Positions 48,015 to 57,875 of a stretch of 57,875 bases of DNA are shown piece by piece. Origin of the DNA: Klebsormidium nitens. Lineage: Eukaryota; Plantae; Klebsormidiophyceae. The position numbers and the translations under genes are program-made. Within the stretch, counting starts at the first letter, position 1, and the number at the start of each line of letters is the position of its first letter. The notes beneath the pieces are model-generated. The model was not told where the DNA came from. It was given only the letters and a program-made list of their open reading frames with translations, and made no database searches. The stretch is taken from contig DF237518.1 of assembly GCA_000708835.1 (NCBI GenBank), positions 1 to 57,875 on the forward strand, read 5' to 3'.

Positions 48015-49078
48015 CTCGGGATGCAACACGTGGCAGCTTACTATCCTTTTTTGATGATTATAAGCCGTCGGTTGTAATCAGGTCATATCTTGCACGTTCA
48101 TTACTTAAGCCATAACGGCTAGTTATCCATAGGCACGTTGGGATGCTTGCTGCAGGTCTCTTACCTATGTTAGTCAGTCTGGGCCGAAAAAAATTCGGTG
48201 TGTTGGGGGGGTTTTCAGCCCCGAAGGGGCTGAGTTGGGGGCTTGCCCCCCAACTCGCCGCCGCTTGCGGCGGCGTACAGAGCCAACGTTTTAACGGGGC
48301 CGAAGGCCCCGACCACGCTAACGGCGGTACAGGTCCCCCAACTGCCGGCACTAATGGTACCGGTAGAACAGGTGGTACAACCGGTACCCAAGGCTAGCTG
48401 GTCCCCGAGCACTGTCACTCATACCTTGGTAAATTCAATTCTTCCGTAGAGCATTCCGCTCCACATAGGCTATGGGATTCCACATGCCTCTTTATCACTC
48501 GAACAATCTGTACCCGTCGATAAAATTTCGATATCGACATCGGACGGCTCAAATTGGTCCATCACTTCAACAGCAGTTAGAGGCTGTATTCTGCAGTACG
48601 GCCTACCGATTTGCACACATGCGCTAGCTGAGGCACGAAAGCAGATCGAAGCCAATGAACAAGTACTACCGTATACTCCAGTATCAATGATGTTTCAACG
48701 GTTTGTAGGTTCTGACAGAGCAAGAAACAGATTTGGCAAAATTTATTCAGCTCAGATTACAAAACTTGCACGAATATTGGCCCATGCGACTTCAATACGA
48801 GGCGCACAACATATTCAAAGTGCAAACCTGATTTGACTCTGAAGCTCGCATTACTATCATAGTATGAGCGCCACAACCCGCCATCCATACCGCTGTGTCC
48901 GTGGTACTATGCAAAATACAAAAATAAACAGCGCGAGCGCTTGACGTGGCGCCAATGAGCAATATGAGAAGTAGTATTTGCAGAACTTTAACCAAGAAAG
49001 CGCATGCCATTATCAAATAATGTCATGTACTGTGCAAATGGGAAGCTAAGTTTGAGACGCTCAAAGCAATTTTGTCAC

Positions 49079-52000
49079 TCAAGTTTTGTCTTTAAGAGGA
49101 CACTTATGGCCGGTCATGAAAACGTCTCGGCCTTCTGCGTTTGTACACTTCCTACATCTTTTTGCGGTTCCTAAAGGCCCAACTCTGCAGATCGTTTGGA
49201 CCCAATAGGAGGACCGACTTGACCCGCCAGATAAGTTACCCCCGCTGTCGATGGCATGCCAAAGTGACCGGCTGGATAGCATAAACCGTCACCTCCAACT
49301 ACATGCTGAAACGGATTAGCAACGCCGAACTGATTAGAGAAGGCATGGCTGCCTTCGGAATCTGAAATGCCGGTTAGGGATGGAAAGGTTGTCAGATGCG
49401 GTGACGACTGAGTGACACCTGGCTGCTTCGAAAGCTGCGCAATGCCAGACAACTCGGAGTTCTGCCCATTGAGCACTTGATATGCCTCTTTTTCGAAAGC
49501 AGCTAGCTGGCCCATCTGTTTTGGATGCACGTTGGCTACAAGGTGTGCTGTTAATGGATTGAGGCGAAGCTGAAGAAGCCTGCAGTTCCAGTCCTTAAGC
49601 ATGGCTGCCCAGTTTGTGGAGGCCCCCCGCCTGTGCTTCTCTTGCAACTCAACGAACCACTCAATTTCCCTATCGGTAAAAATTGGAGTCGCCAGATCAG
49701 CCAACTTCTTTGTGCGCAAGCCTTTGGGCCTTCGTTTCTCACCTTCTCGAAGTAGCTGGCGTGTCTCAAACGCAGAGATTCCAGACCGGGTCATATTCTC
49801 TGCAAAAGAACGGCCTCGCTTAGTCCATCTCAATCAACAAGATTGCATTCATTTAGCAACGTGCTAACCCTGCAGAAGACTGTACATCTTGAATTGTAGA
49901 CTGATCAGCTTTGCCGCCCCAGGACAGACCGTCCGCGTTAACTTAGAGAGGCCCTTTGCTCGTATTGTTGGACGCAAAGACTGACGACATGAGACAGTGA
50001 AGAGCCACTTCTAAAATCCAGAGCCAATCGACTTCCTGAGTAGTCTTACCTGCGGACACGCCAGACCGTTCCACCCTCCCGCCCCCCAGCCTGTGTGACC
50101 CGTTCAAGGAGTTATGTGCACCAGGTCCTGGGGGAAAAGCCCAAGTGTGAAAAATGTCAGTCGCGTTGATTCTCGAGAAGGAGACTATAGAAACTAAGCT
50201 AAGATGAAACCGAAGTTTCGAAGCACAGTCTTTTAGGCATTTGGCAAGACCAGATCTAGAGCTTTTTCAGGCACGAAGTTGGGATTGTTTGCAAGTACCG
50301 TACCTTGGGGCACACTTGGAGAGGGGCAGTGCTGTGCTCGAACAACACGATGATGGGCCAATCCAGCGTCTCCCCATGTAGCGTGGTGCCCACTAGGACC
50401 TTCAAGACCGTGCGCCCATTGAGCAGCGCGGGGAGGGACCAGACGAACCCCTGCGAGCGCGACGGGATGCGCGCTCGGGACAGCGCATGACTGCGCTCTC
50501 ACAGCTGCGGCATGGCGGGGGGCAAAACCAGCCCCCCCAAACACAGCGGGGCGCGCGCTCGGGTTGGCGCGGGCCGTCGCAGCAGCGGCCGGGGGGGAGC
50601 AGACCAGCGGTCCCCACCACAGCGGGGCGCGCGCGTCGACGGGCGGCGAGGGGCGTCGCGTAGCGAGGCCGGGCCGGGGGGACACGGCCAGCCGCCNNNN
50701 NNNNNNNNNNNNNNNNGCGGCGAGGGGCGTCGCGGCAGCGCCGGGGGGGACCAACTCTGCCGGCCGTGTTGCTCCAGTGGGAGATGGGGTGGCCACTGGC
50801 ACTCCGATTGGGGGCGCATCTGGTTTGAAGAGGGCAACCAGGGGCTCTTTGTTTTCTGCACATGGAGTCGAAAAAGGACAAATTCAGCTTGACAATATTT
50901 TATGTGAGGACTTGGTAAGAAACATGGAGGCCAGAGATGATAGAAAGCAACCGTTGATTGATACAGACTTTGTTGCTTAGAAAGGACAGCAGGTTCTAGA
51001 ATTGCGACACAATCAACGTCACTAAGCAAATGGAGTTCAGTCGGATGCACGATTCCAAGGTGCGGCGCTCAGATCAAAGAAATTTTGCTCACCGTCAAAG
51101 TCAACCTCAAGCAGTGAAGCACCCCCATCATCCACCACCTTCGGCAGCTCCGCCTCCTTCAACATGTCGAAGCTGCTTACTGCGTTCCCGTCCAGCCCGG
51201 CAAGAACACCATCGCAGCCAAAGAGCTCGTTTGAGTCGAAGCAGAGCACCACGTACTCAGGGTACGGGTCCACCATGTTCAGCCTTGCGCTCGCAGCTTT
51301 GATACGCTCGATGCGGCGCAGATCTGAGATGAGATAATCGCGCTGCCCACGCTTTGTGATTGCCGCTCTTCGGTTCCAATCGACCTTGTGGTCGGAGAGC
51401 TGAGCGTGGGCAAGCTGCGGGGAGTTGTTGGCGCCAGAGAGCACAAGTGCCAAGTGGCGGTGATAGCCTTCGAGCTGGCTGGAGCCCCGGATGGCTGTGT
51501 AGCAAGGAATGCCCCCCCCCCAGGTGCCGGTTTGGATGAACATCTCCTGTACAGGAAGAGGATCGGCAAGGAAGAGGCAAAGCGTGTTTAGAAAGTTTCC
51601 CTTGAAAAAGCTATGGTGCCATTTTGAACAGACAAGCATCGAAAGAGCCAATCAGAACTGCATTCAAATTCCGATCTACAAGGGCCTGCTACACTTCAAA
51701 GGAATGCATTGTCCAGACGTATAACAGCTCTGTTGCCCAAGTCAGAAGAAGTTGAAACCCTGAGCACTAGCACAATTGAAAGACTGAACCACGCCCAGTT
51801 GTGTGACTGCAAAGAGTTGAGGCACCGGAAACGACAGCTGTAACATCATGCATCACAACCCGTTGCTCAGAACACAATTCAGAATAGTTGCCAATGCAAA
51901 ATACCGGCACAACGAGAAGGAGCCACATGCGTCATAAAGCCTCTTCCTTCCAATTATCCACTTACCGCTCAGTAGGCCATCTTCGGCCAGTTTGAGGACG

Positions 52001-55000
52001 TTTATGAAGGCTTGAGTGGTGGCCTTGTTGAACAGGGTGACGCCCGTGGCCGTGTCGTACGCGTACTGGAGGCCCTGGAAGACCTGGTCCAGCCTAGTTC
52101 CCAACTCCGTGGCGGTCGGAATGACACGCCGGCAGTGCCGCTTGAAATATGCAGCCGGCTTCCTGGCAATATCCCCCTCTGACAGCCCGCTCCTCCGAAG
52201 GTAGTCCACCAGTAGGGCCTTGTCGCCTTCCACTGTCTTGAACATTGCCTGGCTCATGCGGGTCATGAGCAAACCTGCATGAAGAAACTCAAAGCTCAAG
52301 ATCCGGATTGAGATTGCAAGCACGACAAATCCACCAATAGATGCAGCTTGCAAACTTTTTGAAAAGGAGACACCCTAGCATCGAATTCATGACATAAGGC
52401 AGCATCCCCTCAGGAATTGCACCCGTGTTGAGCTGCACCTTATAAGTTTGCCAAGAGAGGAACCAGGAACCAACAAGCGTGTCAGCGTTGGGACATGAAG
52501 CATTGCAAGATGAGGGCACTCTCGCACTTTGACAATGGACCGTGGAAAATTGGATTGTGAAGATCACCTTACCTTTCAGACTATGGTCATCTGGAATTGT
52601 GCACGACACAAGCATCAGGGCGTGCAAGGGGTCGTTCAGCACCAAGTCTACCCCAAGAGAGGCCTTGACTTTTGCAGACGTCGTCCTGGGATTATCCACC
52701 CAGGCGATCTCCATGGGCTGTACACAAAGACACAAGCAGTGCTGCCAAACCTGATCTCTCCTGGTCCCATTTGCTGTCTATGAAACACAGGCCTGTACAA
52801 ATGGAGAAAGGTGGAAGCCAGACCAGGGCAGTACCCCAATAACAATATAAGCGCAGTTCCTAGACTTTCTGGTTGTCCAGCCTTGTTTAGCTCTGTTCAA
52901 ATTGGGCAGCAGCCAATTCCAACAGGAGTTACCGAGTCTTGCCGCCATCTTAGCCTGATAATGAATGCATTGGCAGTGATTATACCTGGAAGCCATGGGC
53001 CGCATATCTAGCCCGGATCTTCTGGAAGTCGCCGGAAACCTCGTCGAGAGATGTCGTCTGCGTCATCTTTTGGAACACAATCTGACCGTACTCGTTCATC
53101 ACGGTCATCACCCCAAGAAAGGCCTTCTTCCCATCCGCGGTCCTGATCATTTTGCATACCTGGAGTAGCCAAATCAAGACCAGGCTGAGTGACAATGCAA
53201 AGAACAGGCACAGTATGCTTGGGAATGTGGATCATACTAGGTACTCGCGAGATCAGTGACTTTACTCATCTCATCAGAAAGACTGCCACCCTCTCCTGAC
53301 TCCTTCCATTTGTTGTGACAGCATCGATTAATCAGCTCTGAAGTTGAGTGAAAAGTGCTTAGACTGAATTGTGGGCCAAATGAAACAAACATGACGATCA
53401 CGACCAAATCATGTATACGCCCCGGAAGATTGTACCATGTTTCTCACCTTGAACGTATGGTCCAGCTTCACATATCGCCCGTCAACATGCACCAGCTGCT
53501 GGTGAATCCACTGCTTGCGGCTCTCAAACTCTGCGAGGTAGACACTGGTCAGGTAACCAGTGCTTGGAACGTAGCTGCGGTATCCGGTGCCGGACTCAAA
53601 CTCGCCGAAGTCAGGAATGGGCGTTATTTGTGCAGGCTGGGGGGGGGAGGGGTCAGCCCCTTGAGTGGAAGAGGGACCTACGCTTGCGGGATTGGAAGGC
53701 TTAAAGAAGTTCCTAATGGACGACCTCTCGCTCTTCTGGAGAGCTTCGTGGTAAAGAAGATATGTCTCCTTGCAAGCGTAGAACTGCAGCGCGTGCGACT
53801 CCTTGATGAGTCGTGCGCATAGAGCAAAGGCAACCCCAGCAATAGTGAGCCCCTGCACCAGGTTGAAGAGCACCCGGTCCAAGGCTCCTCTATGCGTGAC
53901 GAGGAATTGCTCCTCGTACTGGCGCTGTATGAAAGGAGGTAGATCGGCGAGGACCTTCGGGTGGGCGCTTGAAAAGCAGCGGTTCTTGGACCATTGGGCT
54001 TCTGCAAAGGGGAATGCACTCGTGTCACTTGCAGGCACTCCATTTATCCGTGGGCAGAACTTCAGAAATGTTTGCAGACATCGCATGGAATTGGTCCTGA
54101 CCAACCACAGCAACCAAACAGCAACCAAACGAACCAGTGCTAGAGGAGCCTGACTTGCATGCAAAAGCTTGCGTCAACCACCAGGAAGAATGCAAGCACG
54201 TCGCCAAAACAGAAGGAACAATGCAAGTACCTTGCCATTGCCTCAGCAAACTAACATCAGAGTTCACTTCATATGTTATGCTACCGACTATGCGGAGGTG
54301 TTCGCAACTTACTTGGGCAGCCCACACACTTGTAGCGGTAGTCCAGAATGTAGATCGTTCTATCATGAGAACAAACGGCTCTGAGCTTGGTGGCAAACCC
54401 GTCTCCAATAACATTGCAGTCTTGCCTGCAGTCGGGGCATTTGACCTTATTGAACCGCTTGAAATACCTAAACCAGAATAGACGGGGATGCCAGATAGCC
54501 AATTTAATCTTCCAAATCCACCAGTCCTCTCTCTTGCTCGAGAGGAGAATGCTAGGGTTTGGGCCAGGGACAATCCAATCAGGCCACTGGCCGGGGGGGT
54601 TTACTCCGTCAACGGGCTTGCGCACTGTTTTGAGCTCTTCGGTTTTATTGCTAGAATTGACCACAATCCACAATCTGATGGACTTCTTCGTACAGATAGC
54701 CTTTTCGGTCAAACTTTGGAAGCGTCTGCGATAATCTTTTGCAATATTCAAACAAATAAGCATATGACACTTTCTGCATACCAGGGGAAGCATCCATGAT
54801 CAGCCTGCATAATGGCCAGGTCCTGAGCCAGATGCTCGCGATGCTCCACGTAGCTCAGAAAGACTGCAAAGCCCCCCCAACAGCTGGCTGTAATTGCTCA
54901 GGAAGCTCTCCCCTCCGAAGCCTAAGGCCAGCACCTCCTCTTCCTCTCCTTGGCAACCCTGCTGAATGATGTCAAGAACAGTCCTGACATGGAGTGCCTG

Positions 55001-55024
55001 AGCAGTCTCAAGCTGTTCGATCAA
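49079..55024 (-). pseudogene. Intron-containing DDE transposase (DUF6729-like; Mutator/hAT/P-type DxxH signature), superfamily uncertain
   Basis: KCPDC..YILDYRYKCVGC; LADLPPFI..LVTHRGALD; KLDHTFK; VMNEYGQI; WVDN; NDPLH; RGSSQLEGYHRHL; NWAAMLKDWN; terminal RCRKC..GHKCP. GT-AG introns at 53447-53160 and 52985-52718 join these motifs in frame. Confidence 0.75.
50697..50716. other. Assembly gap (20 N) in a GC-rich repetitive patch
   Basis: Run of N. Confidence 1.
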
Positions 55025-55266
55025 AGCACAGTGAAGTTTTTGCGCGCCAGGGTCGAGCCATCAGTCATCTCATGACGTCCATTCAGGAGTTGCGTCCATC
55101 TGACGGTGCACATTTGAATTCTGAAGTTGATCTGGTGAAACCACTCACGGTCCAGTCAGTTGCAAGACGTGGCACTCAACAAGCAATCACAGTCGAGACA
55201 CTTGGCCGTCCGAAAAAATCCGAACCACTCACGGTTCAGACAGTCGACGACTGTCTCCACTGTGAT

Positions 55267-56507
55267 TTGAAGACCTGGTCGGCCGCTCCTTTTACTGGCC
55301 GGATCTTCAGCGCGACGTCCGCCGCTATATCCGCAGCTGTCCGCAGTGTCAAGCCAACAAACCCAGCAACCGCCGACCCGCTAAGCTACTCCAACCACTC
55401 CCAATTCCCAGCCAACGCTGGGAACAAATCACAATGGATTTGATCCTCGGTTTGCCCAAAACCACGCGTGGCCACTCTGGCATTGTGGTTTTCGTCGATC
55501 GCTTGTCGAAGCAGATTTTGCTTGCTCCAGTCGGTGATGATACCACAGCACCTGTCATTGCGCGCATATATTTCGACACTGTTTTCCGCCATAAGGGCTT
55601 GTCCAGGCACATCCACTCGGACCGCGACCCCCGATTTACTTCTCACTTCTGGCGCACCCTCTTCAGGTTACTTGGTTCCAAAGTCACCCACACCACCGCC
55701 TTCCACCCCGAGTCCAACGGCCAAACCGAGCGCGCCAACCGGGTCGTCGAAGAAGTTTTGCGCCACTTCGTCCATGCCCGGCACACGGACTGGGACGTCC
55801 ACCTTACCCCGGTGGAATTCGCCTACAATTCCAAACAGGCCTCCACAAGGTTCTCACCCTTCTTCCTAACCACTGGCCAGCACCCCCTCACTCCCGGGTC
55901 ACTCCTCAAACCCCCTTCCTCCGACATCCCTGCCGTCGATTCCTTCCTCCAAACCATCGCCACCGCTCTCAATCAATCCAAAACCCTCCTCGCCCTCTCC
56001 CAAAACCGCCAAAAACAGTACGCTGACACACGCCGCCGCCCTCTTATACTCCAAACCGGGGACCAAGTCTACCCCTCCACCGCCAATCTTTCACTCCCCG
56101 GGCGCACGCAAGTCCGCAAACTTTTCCCCAAATTTTTCGGACCCTTCCCTGTCCAGCAAGTCATCTCCCAAACCGCCTACAAACTCCATCTCCCTGACCA
56201 TATGCGCATCCACCCTGTCTTCCACGTTTCCCAACTCAAACCCTTCCACGCCAATGACGACACCAGCTTTCCTGACCGGAAACCCCCACCACATCCTCCG
56301 GTCCAAAGCGACACGGGCCCAGCTCACCCCATCGACCAAATCATCGACTACCGGGAACTCCGCCGGGGAAACCGCACCAGACTTCAGTACTTAGTCACCT
56401 TCCAGAACCTCCCCCTTCACGAAGCCCGCTGGGTTGACTCGACTGTAGTCGAGGAACAGGCTGGCAACGAGGACGTTGCCGATGTTTCGGGGGGGGGCTG
56501 GCTGTAA
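55267..56507 (+). pseudogene. pol: Integrase plus chromodomain remnant of chromovirus B
   Basis: [21 protein letters not shown] upstream of [62 protein letters not shown]. Confidence 0.95.
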
Positions 56508-57875
56508 CACGTGGCAGCTTACTATCCTTTTTGATGATTATAAGCCGTCGGTTGTAATCAGATCATATCTTGCACGTTCATTACTTAAGCCATAACGGAT
56601 ACTTATCCATAGGAACGTTGGGATGCTTGCTGCAGGTCTCTTACCTATGTTAGTCAGTCTGCGCAGACTGCCTTGAGCTCGGATCTGGACATCCGAGCTC
56701 AGACTATAAATGGTGAATGTCTTCACCTTCAGGGCTCATTCTTGGATTCCTGGAATTCTCGAAAGTTGACCAGAGCCCTGCTTTCTCCTCTAGACGCTCA
56801 TCAGCCAGCCTATGCCTTGTGTAAATCGGAGCTTTTCTTAGTGAAAAGTGCTTCCGATTACACGGGAGCCTCAGGAGCTAGGACGGTAGGTATCCGGGTA
56901 TACGGTACCTCCTGGTATGGAGGTACGGTACCCTACCGTCTGCTGGGATCATCAGATCGTAGGTACCGTATACGGCCGGTACCTGCCACTGCCAACTTTT
57001 AGCGCACTAGCTGAACCTCCAACTTGGGAATTTCCCGGGCTAACTTTCAAAGTATGCATGCCCGGTATGCTATACACTGGGTTGCCTACACCGTACCTGC
57101 GACTCAGGCAAATCCCATAGGAAGGTGTTGGCTCGCAAGGTCGCAGCCCGGTAAGAACCAGGGCAGCCTCAGAGTCACGGGCTCCCAGTGCTGGTATCGG
57201 TACACGGGTGGTACCTGTTCCCAGCCAGGGTAGGTACCTGGCAGTACCGTATCAGCGTACCGCCGCCAAAGCCTGATCTGATGCACCGTGCAACCCGCCG
57301 GGCGATCGGGCGGTCTTGCTGTGCCAATATGCGAGTCTCGAGTGAGCGCCCGGAGACAACCAGCGTCTCGGTAGATTTTGCACGGCTTGCGTGCGCATCA
57401 TCGTATGCGATTGCGATTGCGATGAGGAACGTGCTTGCAATTTGAGAATTCGCGGCAATGGTTGTGGAAGCGGAAACGGTCACAGCATTTCAGGGCAAAC
57501 ATAAGGCGATGCCCGCGGCTAGGCGCCGCTTTGGTGGCATCGCCAAAAAGTCAAAGGCTTCGCACGCGCGTAGCCTGGCGTAACCCATGGTAACGTGACT
57601 TGAAGTCTGCTGTTGACCGACCAGCTCAGCTTTCACCGAGCGCGCTCGAATGGACATGAACAGACCTGTTCCGGTTACCATGTTCCCCAGTCGCCGGAGA
57701 AGCGACCCGGTAACCGTGATGTAACCATGTTACCTCAAAAACTTACTATCCTCAAAGACCCACTACGTGACTGAGCGCCCTGCGCGCGCGTGCGCGCGAC
57801 AGACACCAACCGTGCAAACACCAACCGTGCAAACCCTGTGAATCGGAATCAATCATTGGTGGCAACACCCCGACC

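Larger units (their letters stand above)
48182..55266 (-). mobile_element. DNA transposon-like segment nested in chromovirus B (right end not found)
   Basis: Sharp break in the LTR at 48181/48182; integrase sequence resumes near 55267; transposase exons lie between. Confidence 0.7.
48022..56862 (+). mobile_element. Chromovirus B, internally deleted and interrupted; TSD CGGGA
   Basis: 5' LTR stub 48022-48181; 3' LTR 56503-56862 (TGTAAC..GATTACA); G9 PPT 56489-56497; CGGGA at 48017-48021 and 56863-56867; empty site at 40338-40342. Confidence 0.93.
46571..57532 (+). repeat. Tandem segmental duplication, copy 2 (about 2.12 kb without nested elements)
   Basis: Starts AGATTTCCAAAC as at 38890; ends GCGCCGCTTT as at 46570. 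Confidence 0.95.

Noticed and set aside
57533-57875. GTAAC-rich segment and 15-bp tandem ACACCAACCGTGCAA
   Set aside because: Truncated by the window edge; too little to classify.

Overview
Eukaryotic, transposon-dense window with spliceosomal introns and two N-gaps; no rRNA, tRNA or CRISPR seen. The element types suggest a charophyte alga such as Klebsormidium (inference only). From left to right: (1) an (ATG)n-cored minisatellite spanning a gap; (2) a 5'-truncated, decayed Ty3/gypsy pol (+) followed by about 5 kb of unexplained decayed ORFs; (3) a 17.1-kb Ty3/gypsy element (-, 11104-28244) whose decayed polyprotein reads gag - GC-rich insert - protease - C5 DNA methyltransferase - RT - RNase H - DDE integrase - PHD finger; (4) a 5'-truncated LINE; (5) a host sulfotransferase-like gene; (6) a 2.1-kb tandem duplication, each copy hit by a chromovirus, with an intron-containing DDE transposase element inside the second chromovirus. 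The standout is element (3). Its terminal repeats are circularly permuted (A-internal-B-gc-A-B). The priming sites (a 15-nt self-complementary PBS and a G-run PPT) define an LTR of B-gc-A, but the integrated ends and 4-bp TSD lie at a CA-gc-TG palindrome inside that LTR. This is the product expected if a DDE integrase inserts a 2-LTR circle at an internal att site. All alignments and motif calls were made by eye.
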